This document shows, piece by piece, positions 1 to 9,482 of a DNA stretch of 64,000 nucleotides (position 1 is its first letter; the number at the start of each line of letters is the position of its first letter). A program made the position numbers and the translations under genes. The notes below the pieces were generated by a model, which saw only the letters and a list, made by a program, of their open reading frames with translations, did not search any database and was not told where the DNA came from. The DNA is from Thermoproteota archaeon (GTDB taxonomy: Archaea; Thermoproteota; EX4484-205; JAAOZP01), in NCBI GenBank assembly GCA_038850115.1, contig JAWCMB010000004.1, positions 7,091 to 71,090 of the forward strand. Direction: 5' to 3'.

Positions 1-1034
1 GTTCGCAGTTTCAACTTGGGGACCCCCTTAACAACTATTACGGTAAGGGGAAACGTTGAGTCAAAATCCTTTGTTTTAAAGAAAACAGTGGTCTCATAAC
101 TTCCAGAGGCAACGTCCACAGGCACATCTATCTTCGCCCTAACGTTAACGGATTCGCCTGATCCTAATGAGACACCGTAGAGAACACTGCCGTCATTTTT
201 AACAACGCTCCCTGTCCAGCCGGCTGGGAGTTCTAATGATATTGTTCCAGTTAACCTCTCAGATAAAACGTTCCTGACAGTTAGGTCAAAGACTACGGTG
301 GAACCTGGTTGAGCCTGAGCAATCGGGTAAGTTGAGGTTAAGATTTGAAGACTAGCCTTCTCAACGTATAGGGAAACAGTCTTTTCCTGAATTATTGAGC
401 CTAACACTCTTATTTTCAGGCTGTAGAGCCCTTGCACATTGTACGGAACCTGTATTTTCAGGTCTAGGCTTTGAACACTTCCTTGGCTTAGCGTCAGGTT
501 CACTATTTCAGCTGACCCCGAGTAGAGGCCTGCATCCCACCCATCTGGAGCCTCGACTAATACGGTTATCGTCTCCTCTAATGATCCCTTATTCTCTATA
601 GAGAGAGGTATGTTAACTTCTGAAAAAGACTTCACTTTCAGATAGGTTTGAGATATTGAAATCCTGAAAGAGTAGCCCAAAATAATTTCCTCCAGATCCA
701 CAGAGGGCCTGTTTAAGCTGACAGTTATTGTCTTGCCTTCATAACCTTTCTTCTCAAGCTGAATCCTGTAGATACCGGGATCAAGGCTTATGGCAAAGTA
801 CCCATTAAGAAGGGTCCATATTTTGGTTATGAATGCCCCTGAAGAGTCATAAATGACAACAGCCACATGACCTAATGGATTACCTTCAACGTCTTTTACT
901 ACGCCGAAAACCGCGCACGATTGCCCGGAAATAGGAATAATCTGAATAAAAACTAATAGTGTTATTGCAAGAAGGGTTAGCTGATATGAATGTTTCGGAT
1001 TCTTCGCGTTAGTTCTCCCCGCTTCTCCAATCAT
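1..1034 (-). CDS. Partial (N-terminal ~344 aa) secreted or membrane-anchored cell-surface protein with carboxypeptidase-regulatory-like and NEW3/COG1470-like beta-sandwich repeats. It runs off the window start.
   Basis: My own minus-strand translation from the ATG at 1034-1032 gives MIGEAGRTNAKNPKHSYQLTLLAITLLVFIQIIPISGQSCAVFGVVKDVEGNPLGHVAVVIYDSSG... This is a hydrophobic anchor followed by beta-rich repeats. I checked bases 3-180 codon by codon and found no in-frame stop. The rest was read through by eye. The ORF is absent from the track because it has no stop in the window. Confidence 0.55.
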   Translation of the reverse strand, partial: MIGEAGRTNAKNPKHSYQLTLLAITLLVFIQIIPISGQSCAVFGVVKDVEGNPLGHVAVVIYDSSGAFITKIWTLLNGYFAISLDPGIYRIQLEKKGYEGKTITVSLNRPSVDLEEIILGYSFRISISQTYLKVKSFSEVNIPLSIENKGSLEETITVLVEAPDGWDAGLYSGSAEIVNLTLSQGSVQSLDLKIQVPYNVQGLYSLKIRVLGSIIQEKTVSLYVEKASLQILTSTYPIAQAQPGSTVVFDLTVRNVLSERLTGTISLELPAGWTGSVVKNDGSVLYGVSLGSGESVNVRAKIDVPVDVASGSYETTVFFKTKDFDSTFPLTVIVVKGVPKLKLR

Positions 1035-1037
1035 TTG

Positions 1038-1091
1038 TTACTACATTCGGTCGTAGCATCCCTTTATAAACGTTACTATCCAATATAGTAA
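1038..1091. promoter_or_regulatory. Divergent promoter region with two TTACTA-type dyads flanking a TATA-like box, candidate BlaI-family operators
   Basis: TTACTAC-N8-GTAGCAT lies at 1038-1059 and is imperfect. TTTATAAA lies at 1063-1070. TTACTAT-N5-ATAGTAA lies at 1073-1091 with perfect 7-bp arms, 22 bp upstream of the ATG at 1113. Confidence 0.35.
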
Positions 1092-1112
1092 TGAAAGGGT
1101 TAAATAGCCATT

Positions 1113-1583
1113 ATGGGCAACGATAGTGAGGAAAAGATGCGCCAGGGGCTCGCGAGAATATCACAATATAACATTAGGGAAAGAGAGCTTCAGGCCTTCC
1201 TTGGTCCACTAGAGACAAGCATAATAGAGGTCATGTGGAGTGCTAAGCAGCCTCTCACAGTTAGAGAAGTTTACGAGAAGCTGAGGCGGAGAAAGAGAAT
1301 CGCCTACACCACAGTTATGACCACAATGGACAGGCTTTATGAGAAGGGTCTGCTCGACAGGCGGGTTGAGAAAGGGAGAGGTGGAATTCTCTACATGTAT
1401 TGGCCAAAGTTTGAAAAACATAGTTTTAAAAAATCTGCCGTCCATGAGGTTTTAAACAGTCTTATGGAAAATTTTGGAGACATAGTTGCAAGCTACCTGG
1501 TTGAGAGGCTCTCTTCTGACGAAAAAGAGTTTAAAGATTTAAAGGATAAGCTGGAGAAAGCCTTAAGGAGAAAAGGAGGTTGA
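1113..1583 (+). CDS. BlaI/MecI/CopY-family winged-helix transcriptional repressor
   Basis: The sequence LETSIIEVMWSAKQPLTVREVYEKL...YTTVMTTMDRLYEKGLLDR is typical of the penicillinase-repressor fold. The gene is translationally coupled (4-nt overlap) to a BlaR1-like peptidase. Confidence 0.8.
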   Translation: MGNDSEEKMRQGLARISQYNIRERELQAFLGPLETSIIEVMWSAKQPLTVREVYEKLRRRKRIAYTTVMTTMDRLYEKGLLDRRVEKGRGGILYMYWPKFEKHSFKKSAVHEVLNSLMENFGDIVASYLVERLSSDEKEFKDLKDKLEKALRRKGG

Positions 1584-2941
1584 CGGGGGAAATGCTGCCC
1601 ATAGATCTTAACTATATTCTTATACAGTTTTTCCAACCGTACTTCTACTATTCAACCACCCTACTGGTAGTTTCATTCATCTGCGTCAAGGCTCTCGCGA
1701 AATATAATCGTCTACTAACCGCTAGGATGAAAAGCCTATGCTACCTGTTTCCTCTTGCAATCCCTGTTTTACTCATAGCATTCACCTTCCCTTGGTTAAT
1801 AACGAGAGTGCACTTGGAGGCTAAGGCCTCAGGCTACAGTCCGAGTAGCACTCCACTAGCTCCACATTTCATCCCTTATATTACTACGCTTCCTCCTCAA
1901 ATGGTTTTCAAGCATGTTAAGCCGCTTGACACTCCACCTATAACAAACATGCTTCTTGCAGCCGGGTTAGCACTGTCAGCACTCTACCTGCTTGCAACAG
2001 TAGCCTTGAATGACAGGGTTGCTAAAAGAATTTTCCACATAGTCGAGTTTGAACCCGGAGAATACGAATCATTGCAGAGAAGAGTTGGAGAATTGTCCAA
2101 GAAGCTTGGGATTAATCCTCCTAGGATTGGGCTCGTGGAGGATTTGAGGCCAAATGCCTTCACAATAGGATATGGGAAGAGGACGATGCTAATATTCTCC
2201 TTAGGTATTCTCAAGACTCTGAAAGAAAGAGAGCTAGCTGCAGTCGCAGCCCACGAGCTGGCCCATGTGAAAAATAATGATTTCCTGTTTAAGACGGCAT
2301 CGTTTGCACTAGCGTTACTATCTTTCTTCAACCCGTTCGCATACTTTGCCTCTGCAACAGCCCAAAGGGAAAGAGAGATCCTTGCCGACGAGGAGGGTGC
2401 ACGAATTCTAGGGCGGCCGGAGCTTCTGGCGAAGACGCTTGTAAAGATATGTGAGGCTTCTCGAGCATTCCCCAAAGAGAGTATTATAGCCCGCTTAGCA
2501 TCCGGCCTATTCCTGTCCTACCCGATCTCTGTGGGAAGCATGCTGCTTTCAACCCATCCGAGGCTGGATCAGAGAGTCGAGAATATCAGGAGGCTGGACA
2601 AGGAGGGAGAAACAGCTCACATTAACCCATTATTGTCAGTAGCAATATCCATGCTGATAATCGCAGCAGGAATAATCAGTACGTATTATCTTGCTTTTAT
2701 ACAAAACTCCTTCATAAGACAGTATTTTCCAATAATGCTCTTTAAGACGCCTATGGATGGGAAAATGCTGATTCCAGCACATAATGTGAACAGCATAGAG
2801 AAAATACGTGTATTCGGCTTTTTCAAATTCAGGAATGTTTCCCCCGGTGATTTCAACGAGCTTCATTTCAGAATAATGGTTCCTAAGATGAGCGGCAGTA
2901 ATCACCTTGCGCTCAACCCCGTTTTGACACTCGTTCTTTAA
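1580..2941 (+). CDS. BlaR1-like integral-membrane zinc metallopeptidase (M56/M48 family) signal transducer
   Basis: It has several N-terminal TM helices and the HEXXH motif HELAHVKNND. A downstream EILADEEGAR segment follows, and there are C-terminal TM helices. Confidence 0.75.
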   Translation: MTGEMLPIDLNYILIQFFQPYFYYSTTLLVVSFICVKALAKYNRLLTARMKSLCYLFPLAIPVLLIAFTFPWLITRVHLEAKASGYSPSSTPLAPHFIPYITTLPPQMVFKHVKPLDTPPITNMLLAAGLALSALYLLATVALNDRVAKRIFHIVEFEPGEYESLQRRVGELSKKLGINPPRIGLVEDLRPNAFTIGYGKRTMLIFSLGILKTLKERELAAVAAHELAHVKNNDFLFKTASFALALLSFFNPFAYFASATAQREREILADEEGARILGRPELLAKTLVKICEASRAFPKESIIARLASGLFLSYPISVGSMLLSTHPRLDQRVENIRRLDKEGETAHINPLLSVAISMLIIAAGIISTYYLAFIQNSFIRQYFPIMLFKTPMDGKMLIPAHNVNSIEKIRVFGFFKFRNVSPGDFNELHFRIMVPKMSGSNHLALNPVLTLVL

Positions 2942-3152
2942 GACTTAAACAGAACTATTAATTGAAAAGATGGAAGAAGCCTGCGTTAAACCGAGCCCTA
3001 GACACTTTAAGGACATTTGCTTTCTTCAGCGGCTATGCGGTAACTCATGAAGGATTAAGTAATCGACGCAGAAAGAAGCCATGGAGCCAGCTTAACCCCA
3101 AGCAGTGTAAACCTGTTTTGATCTACCTCAGAATATTTTTTCCTCCGTTAAA

Positions 3153-4391
3153 TCAGGTTAACGGGGGCCTTGCTCCAAGCGTGACTGGGATGTTCATAAT
3201 CTGATTGTTCCTAATTATAGTCATTATAATTGTTTGATTCGGAAGCGTGTACTCCTCTAAGAAGGACAATAGGTTGTCCCCACTCGTAATCCTCGTACTG
3301 TTTACCCCTATTATAATGTCTCCGCCTACTGTAACCCTGCTTCCTTTAATCAGCACCTGCTTGCTTCCACCCTGTAAGCCTGCTTTAGCAGCAGGCCCGT
3401 TTGCCGTAACCCCCACTATTAGCCACCCGTATGTCACGTTGACACCCATTGCTGATGCTACGTCATACGTCATGTCTACCCCTGTTACTCCAAGCCAAGG
3501 ATGCTGATCATAGGATCCCTTCGTGACTAAGGATTCTATTTCACGCAGTATCGTGTTGGAGGGAATAGCGAAACCAAGCCCCTGTGAGTCGCTCACTATA
3601 GCGGTAGTTATTCCAACAACCTCGCCTTTAAGATTTAGAAGAGGCCCTCCCGAGTTGCCTGGGTTTATTGGAGCGGTTGTCTGAATGCAGTTCGCTATCG
3701 AATAGCCCCCTGTAATGTCTTCAGAGATGGTTCTACCAAGAGCACTCACTATGCCGGAACTCATCGAGCCAGCTAACCCGTATGGATTCCCTATAGCCAC
3801 CACAGTATCTCCGACTCTGAGCGTTGACGAGCTTACGATTTTAAGAGGACTGAATTCATCGACGGAAGCATTCACCGAAAGGACTGCTAAGTCAGCATAT
3901 GGGTCAGCACCCTTGACAACAGAAGGATAAACGTTTCCACTCCTAAATCTTACAGTTATGTCGCGCGCATTGTACACGACATGATAATTCGTCACAATCA
4001 CAAACTGGTCCTCGAACTTGTAGACGAAGCCTGAGCCCTGAACACTGCTGTAATAGGGGCGGTAGAAAATATCATAGTTAATAACAGTACCCGTTATCAG
4101 GACAATTGAATCCCTAACTTTTTCGTAAAGCTGTGATAGAGAAAAATTCCCCTCAAAAACATATGTTACAGCACTTGAAGAATTCTGCGTTAACTGGAGG
4201 GCGGACACGCGGTTTTCAAGGTTTGAAAGCCGGTTTTGAAGCTCATCCATCCTGCTTACAATGAATAGACTGCTGAAAGCATAGCTTATCAACCCGCCTA
4301 TCAAAATTCCTATTAGCGCGAATACTACTGCCATGATTACAGTAGACCTACCGGCATCCCGATAGGTTGAAGAGCCTCCCATCGATCTCAT
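3153..4391 (-). CDS. HtrA/DegP-family serine protease (S1C) with N-terminal TM anchor, coiled coil and C-terminal PDZ domain
   Basis: The motif GNSGGPLLN carries the catalytic Ser. A His context (TNYHVV) is present, followed by a PDZ-like C-terminus. Confidence 0.85.
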   Translation of the reverse strand: MRSMGGSSTYRDAGRSTVIMAVVFALIGILIGGLISYAFSSLFIVSRMDELQNRLSNLENRVSALQLTQNSSSAVTYVFEGNFSLSQLYEKVRDSIVLITGTVINYDIFYRPYYSSVQGSGFVYKFEDQFVIVTNYHVVYNARDITVRFRSGNVYPSVVKGADPYADLAVLSVNASVDEFSPLKIVSSSTLRVGDTVVAIGNPYGLAGSMSSGIVSALGRTISEDITGGYSIANCIQTTAPINPGNSGGPLLNLKGEVVGITTAIVSDSQGLGFAIPSNTILREIESLVTKGSYDQHPWLGVTGVDMTYDVASAMGVNVTYGWLIVGVTANGPAAKAGLQGGSKQVLIKGSRVTVGGDIIIGVNSTRITSGDNLLSFLEEYTLPNQTIIMTIIRNNQIMNIPVTLGARPPLT

Positions 4392-4506
4392 TTTTAGCTA
4401 CTATTGCTCGTAGTAACATGTTAATAAGCATTACTGATATTTATACAAAATAAACCATCCAGAACCTCTAGTTAAAAAATCACTTGAAATCATGAAAAGC
4501 AAGATA

Positions 4507-4595
4507 TGCGGCGTCCGGGATTTGAACCCGGGTTACCAGCGGTCTGCCGAAGTCGATGGCAGGCTGATGTCCTGGCCAGACTAGACGAACGCCGC
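4507..4595 (-). tRNA. tRNA-Gly(GCC) with a 15-nt canonical (37/38) intron at 4542-4556
   Basis: Hand fold: acceptor GCGGCGT/ACGCCGC, anticodon stem TCAGC/GCTGG, loop CTGCCA|intron|C, T arm CCGGG-TTCAAAT-CCCGG. The intron 3' end GCAG pairs with loop CTGC, which is BHB-like. Confidence 0.85.
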
Positions 4596-4924
4596 AGATA
4601 TCAGAGGTAAATAGAGAGGGGGATAAAAAGTTTTATTTCGAAAGCTTCTTAGAATTACGTTACCAAGAAAAGGATGATGTAGCTTTGATTGTAAAGGGTA
4701 GCCTTATTTTCATAAGCCTTACCGTGGCTGTTCAATTAGGATATGTCTCATGATATGGCCCCGTTCAAATACCCACTTAAGAAAAGGATTATGGCTAAAA
4801 TCGGTTTCCGAAAGTTTGTTCCTCAATTAACATCTATGCTAATATGGAGTATCGTTCTGAAAGAGCTTAGTTTTTTCACGACTTCTAGAGATACGCTTAT
4901 AAGAATGAGGCTTGTAGCGGGAGT

Positions 4925-5200
4925 ATGGCTGATAAAATACATTGTGCACATATTCTAGTTAAGACGGAGCAGGAGGCCAGAGAGGTTCTAGAACAGTTGA
5001 AAAAGGGCGCGAGCTTCTCTAAGCTGGCGGCTGAGAAATCACTGTGTCCATCTAGAAAAAGAGGCGGAGACTTAGGATTTTTTGGGAGGGGACAGATGGT
5101 GCGTGAATTTGAAATAGCCGCTTTCACGCTGAAAAAAGGCGAGGTTTCTCAGCCTGTGAAGACAAAGTTTGGCTGGCATATAATAAAAAGGCTTGAATAG
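4925..5200 (+). CDS. Parvulin-type peptidyl-prolyl cis-trans isomerase (PpiC/PinA-like)
   Basis: It is 91 aa with HILVK...GGDLGFFGRGQMV..FE.AAF.L..GEVS.PV.T.FGWHIIKR, a full parvulin signature. Confidence 0.85.
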   Translation: MADKIHCAHILVKTEQEAREVLEQLKKGASFSKLAAEKSLCPSRKRGGDLGFFGRGQMVREFEIAAFTLKKGEVSQPVKTKFGWHIIKRLE

Positions 5201-5512
5201 GATTCTTGAAAAACATGGTTTAATTCGTCTTTTTATATCACAAGGCTTATGAACCTCTATTGGCTCATATGGCTAGGATACATTTCCCTACGCTAGAATA
5301 GTAGCGCACGCTTGACTCAGCCCCTATTTTTCTATAATCATAAGTAAGCTTCTATATCTTTCATTTTATGAGAACTTGTAAACGTTTTCACCCAAATCAT
5401 GCAGCCACGCTCAACCAATTAGTTATGATAAACACCCTTATGCATTTTTGCAGGTTTAACAACTTTTTCCACCAACCTTTAATATGAGTAATGCTCACAA
5501 AATGAGGATGAT

Positions 5513-7729
5513 TTGGAAAAACTTATAAACAAATCTTCCACCGTTACCTCTCGTGAAGCAGACATGGTTGAGCGAATTTTCCCTTTTGGAGCAACCTACA
5601 TAACCGGCGGAGATTTCCCTCCTAGTGAGGATGCGAAAAAGGACTTGAAGAAAATGAGGGACTTAGGATTCACTGTCTTTAGAACATGGGTTTCTAGGTT
5701 TTCTATAGAACGGAGTCCAGGAGTATATGACTTTTCTGAGGCCGAAGAATTTTTGAATATTGCGAATGACGTTGGAATCAGATGCGCCCTTACTGTAGAC
5801 GCAGGACTTCCACCAGACATTACACGGGATGAGATTGGCGAAGGCGTAATAGGTATCAATACAAAGATTGGTAAGCCGTACCCACATTTTCAGCCCTGTT
5901 TTGATAATCCGCATGTCCGGAGGGGGACGGCCGAATACTTGACTGCTTTATCTTCCCATTTTAAAAATCATCCAGCCCTGTACTGTTGGATCTCATGGAA
6001 TGAGCCTCACATAACATATAGTGATATAGCATGCTACTGCGACTATTCTTTAGAGAAATTTAGAAAATGGTTGAATGCCAAATATGGAGGACTTGAAGGT
6101 TTGAACACAGCTTGGAATGAAAGATTCAGGAGTTTTTCAGAGGTTCACCCTCCAAATCGACCCTTAAGAGCCTGGGGGAAATATAAGCCCTGGCTCGACT
6201 GGAGGGCTTTTTGCGATGATAATTTAGCAGAATGGGTGGGCTTCGTGTCAAATGCTTTGAAAAAAGGAGATCCTAATCATCCGACACACACAAACCTTCT
6301 TTTCCACCAGATCCTGTATAATCAACCCGCAGTAGGTGCCGATACTTGGAAGATGGCAAAAGTTGTCGATACGTTAGGCGTTTCCATCTATTTGTGGACT
6401 CAAGGCGGAGGCGATTTTCCATGGTGTTTCTCTCAAATTATTGACACTGTACGTTCGGCAGCAGAATCTGAAGGCAAAGACGCATGGGTTACAGAGTTAC
6501 AGGGTGGGCCGACTATTTGGGCGCACTCAAAATCTGTTACACCTTCTTCAAAGCAGATAGAACTTTGGGCCTGGCAAACCGTAGCTAGAGGAGGAAAGGG
6601 ATTGATATACTGGCTTTGGAGACCGAGGATAGGGAATGTGCATTCAGGATGGGAAAATAACGAGTTTGGCTTAGTATCAAAGGATGGTGAGTTGAGGCCT
6701 CGAGCTGAAGCCGCGGGCAGGGCGTGCAGAACGATAACAGAGAACACGGAACTTTTCTTAAACGCTCGCCCAAACGCTAAAGTTGCTATTCTTCAATCCC
6801 AGACATGTAAGAATGCAGCGGCTTCTGAGATACCGGATGAAACAGTATTCCACCCATACGAGGGGCAGAGAAGGTATTATGCCCAGTCGCAACTCGGCGC
6901 CTATAAAATACTCTGGGAGGAAAAGATTCCCTGCGATTTTATTAATCCACCATCAATTGCAGCGGGAATGTTAAACAGATACGAAGTGCTTATTATGCCA
7001 TTCACATATATGTTAGACGAGCTCTCGGCAAACGCAATAAAGAATTTCGTTAGAAAAGGCGGTTGTGTCATAGCTGATTTTGGTTGTGCTATGAAAGATG
7101 AGTATGGGGCTGTTCACCTAGTCTCGCCGGGCTTCGGTCTCGATGAGGTTTTTGGTGCCTATTCTTATGACATAGAAACTCCTGACGATGAAGAATTTCT
7201 TAAAGTTAAACTTGGAACAGAATGGCCTATTTTCAAGGTTAACTTACCTCTTTACGCCTTTCGCGAAATTCTGAGACCATATGATAAAGCGAAGGTGATT
7301 GGCGAATTTATTAACGGAGAGCCAGCAGTCATAGAAAACCGTTTTGGAGAAGGGAGAACAATTCTCGTTGGCACGCTCATGTTTCAATCCTACCTTCTGA
7401 AAGGAGGGGAATGGAGAACGTTTGTCCAAAAACTGCTTCACAGCGAGGGAGTAAAAAGTCCTATAGACATTGAAAATACTCCTCCCAAGCTTTGGCGCAA
7501 TATTGAAGTTGGATTTCTAGATCATAAAGACGGGAGGACGAAAGTTGTTGTGTTGCTAAACCATAACAGGGAAGATGCAGATATAAGTGTTAAAATGCAG
7601 AACGTTTGCTCGGTTATCGATCTGGAGACTAGAAGTGAACTACCATTAGAAAAAATTGATGAAAATGCGTATTTAAAGATAGTGATTAAAGGAAAAAGTG
7701 CCAGAGTTCTGAAAGTTGCAAAATATTGA
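5513..7729 (+). CDS. GH42-family beta-galactosidase. The real start is probably the downstream ATG (MVERIF...).
   Basis: It contains WISWNEPH (acid/base region) and WVTELQGGP (nucleophile region), plus the trimerisation and C-terminal domains typical of GH42. The track start is TTG. Confidence 0.85.
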   Translation: MEKLINKSSTVTSREADMVERIFPFGATYITGGDFPPSEDAKKDLKKMRDLGFTVFRTWVSRFSIERSPGVYDFSEAEEFLNIANDVGIRCALTVDAGLPPDITRDEIGEGVIGINTKIGKPYPHFQPCFDNPHVRRGTAEYLTALSSHFKNHPALYCWISWNEPHITYSDIACYCDYSLEKFRKWLNAKYGGLEGLNTAWNERFRSFSEVHPPNRPLRAWGKYKPWLDWRAFCDDNLAEWVGFVSNALKKGDPNHPTHTNLLFHQILYNQPAVGADTWKMAKVVDTLGVSIYLWTQGGGDFPWCFSQIIDTVRSAAESEGKDAWVTELQGGPTIWAHSKSVTPSSKQIELWAWQTVARGGKGLIYWLWRPRIGNVHSGWENNEFGLVSKDGELRPRAEAAGRACRTITENTELFLNARPNAKVAILQSQTCKNAAASEIPDETVFHPYEGQRRYYAQSQLGAYKILWEEKIPCDFINPPSIAAGMLNRYEVLIMPFTYMLDELSANAIKNFVRKGGCVIADFGCAMKDEYGAVHLVSPGFGLDEVFGAYSYDIETPDDEEFLKVKLGTEWPIFKVNLPLYAFREILRPYDKAKVIGEFINGEPAVIENRFGEGRTILVGTLMFQSYLLKGGEWRTFVQKLLHSEGVKSPIDIENTPPKLWRNIEVGFLDHKDGRTKVVVLLNHNREDADISVKMQNVCSVIDLETRSELPLEKIDENAYLKIVIKGKSARVLKVAKY

Positions 7730-7889
7730 TTAGGAATACTAGTCAAGATTCGATGGAAATCCTTGCTTAGACGCCTGATGCTATAAAATAACTCCAGTAA
7801 TAGAAGGAGGAAGAGATTAGCAGGATTAGAGAAATCATCAAAAAATCCGTTAATTTAAACTTATATACTAGGGTATAAGCTGTTTCCGG

Positions 7890-8480
7890 TTGATGGACCC
7901 GACACTACTGGTAGCCTCTTTTCTGCTGGTGGCAATTGCAGAGATGGGTGACAAAACTCAGCTTGCAGTCATAGCCTTATCGTCCTATCATAATGCTCTT
8001 CTTGTCTTCTGCGGGGGGGTTATGGCTTTACTACTGGTTTCAGGGTTAGGCGTGGTTATCGGAGATACGTTGACCATGATCATCCCCATGTTCATAATAC
8101 GTTTTGTGTCAGCAATTCTATTCTTGGCTTTTGGCGCCCACACTATTCTATCAGCTAGAAAAGAGGAAGAACAGGTTAAGAAGTTTGGCTCAAAGTCTGT
8201 TGCTTTATCCGTCTTCTCCATGGTTGCCTTGATGGAGCTTGGGGACAAGACGCAGCTAGCCGTGATAGCGCTTACAGCAGAGTATGGTTCTCCCCTTCTG
8301 GTTTACGCTGGAGTAGCCATGGCTTTCACAGTCATAACTGGACTAGGTGTTCTGATCGGCAGCAGGCTTCTAAGGTTCATACCCCTGAGACTCGTTAAGC
8401 TTGGAAGCGGAGCAGCCTTCATACTGTTTGGAATAGGTTTTCTGCTGAATGCTGTTTTGCCTTTTTCACTTAGCGTCTGA
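7890..8480 (+). CDS. UPF0016 (GDT1/TMEM165/MneA-like) putative Mn2+/Ca2+ transporter
   Basis: It has two internal repeats, each carrying E-x-G-D-K-T-Q-L-A-V-IAL (EMGDKTQLAVIAL and ELGDKTQLAVIAL). About 6 TM helices are predicted by eye. Confidence 0.8.
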   Translation: MMDPTLLVASFLLVAIAEMGDKTQLAVIALSSYHNALLVFCGGVMALLLVSGLGVVIGDTLTMIIPMFIIRFVSAILFLAFGAHTILSARKEEEQVKKFGSKSVALSVFSMVALMELGDKTQLAVIALTAEYGSPLLVYAGVAMAFTVITGLGVLIGSRLLRFIPLRLVKLGSGAAFILFGIGFLLNAVLPFSLSV

Positions 8481-9435
8481 CTGTCTTCGGCTCCACGCCA
8501 TCAACTATCAGTTTCTTCATGTATTTTAACGCCGCCTTGGCGTGTCTATCCACTATGTTGATCCCCTGATACTCATGGTTCTCCAACACAGGCGAGCATT
8601 CTTCAGAAGAAATGAACCTGTCGTAGCCTATTCTTTTAAGCTCCCTTATAAACGCAGGGTAGTTCACATACTGGTCTCCAATAAGTTGGCTACGCTTCAT
8701 AATGATTTCTCCAGAAGGAGATTCGTCGAACGAGGATGAGCTGTAGTGGGAGAGAACTATCCCCGTCTCTTTGCACGATTCGACGGCCTCATGAATATAC
8801 TCGTCACTCTGATTAGTGAAAAGAGGGGCGTCCAGACATAGTTTCACATTATCCATGCTGGTTTCCTTAACCATTTGAAGCGCATCCTCATACCCGAGCC
8901 TTATTACCGGCGGATGGTTTTGCAGTGCGATTACGATTCCATAGTCATTTGCCCATTTAGCTGCATCCCGAATCCCCTGCACAGCCCACCTCCACATTTT
9001 ATTTCCTGTTGTAAACATACATTTGTAGTCAAAAAGCCTGTATCCAAAATCGTAAGTCCCCAGGTCATCGCACCTGGAGGTGCCTGGCCAAGCTGCAAAA
9101 ACCTTCACTATGTCCGTATTCAGGTCCGCTGCAAGCCCTATAGATTCTTTCACCATGCAAAGATTGTTTTCCCGTTCCTCAATAATTGGGCTAACAAAGT
9201 TCGACATTGTTTCGACAGCAGCTATCCTAATGTCATGAGAGCACGCCAGCTCCACTACTTCTTTTCTCGCAGGCCCGTCTAGGTCGCAGGGCAGTGCCAC
9301 TGGCCTTTTAGTCTCTATGGTTATGCCGTCGAAACCCAGTTCCTTCGCTTTCCTAATCTGTTCTTCTAAAGATAGAGCGTCCCCCTTATACCAAAGGCCA
9401 CAGTATGTTACCGTAAATAAGGCTGTTTTAATCAT
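8470..9435 (-). CDS. Xylose-isomerase-like TIM-barrel protein (sugar phosphate isomerase/epimerase family)
   Basis: The alternating beta/alpha pattern, the length and the ELGFDGIEI-type N-terminus (KELGFDGITIE) fit this family. Its substrate specificity is unknown. Confidence 0.7.
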   Translation of the reverse strand: MIKTALFTVTYCGLWYKGDALSLEEQIRKAKELGFDGITIETKRPVALPCDLDGPARKEVVELACSHDIRIAAVETMSNFVSPIIEERENNLCMVKESIGLAADLNTDIVKVFAAWPGTSRCDDLGTYDFGYRLFDYKCMFTTGNKMWRWAVQGIRDAAKWANDYGIVIALQNHPPVIRLGYEDALQMVKETSMDNVKLCLDAPLFTNQSDEYIHEAVESCKETGIVLSHYSSSSFDESPSGEIIMKRSQLIGDQYVNYPAFIRELKRIGYDRFISSEECSPVLENHEYQGINIVDRHAKAALKYMKKLIVDGVEPKTVRR

Positions 9436-9482
9436 CTCCTGTTAAGAACCTCAAATACTTTATTTAAATTTTAAGACTCATG

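Noticed and set aside
395-601. A 68-aa plus-strand ORF in the first kilobase
   Set aside because: It lies antisense inside the long minus-strand surface-protein ORF (1-1034). Its composition is low-complexity, rich in Leu/Ser/Pro. It is most likely a shadow ORF.
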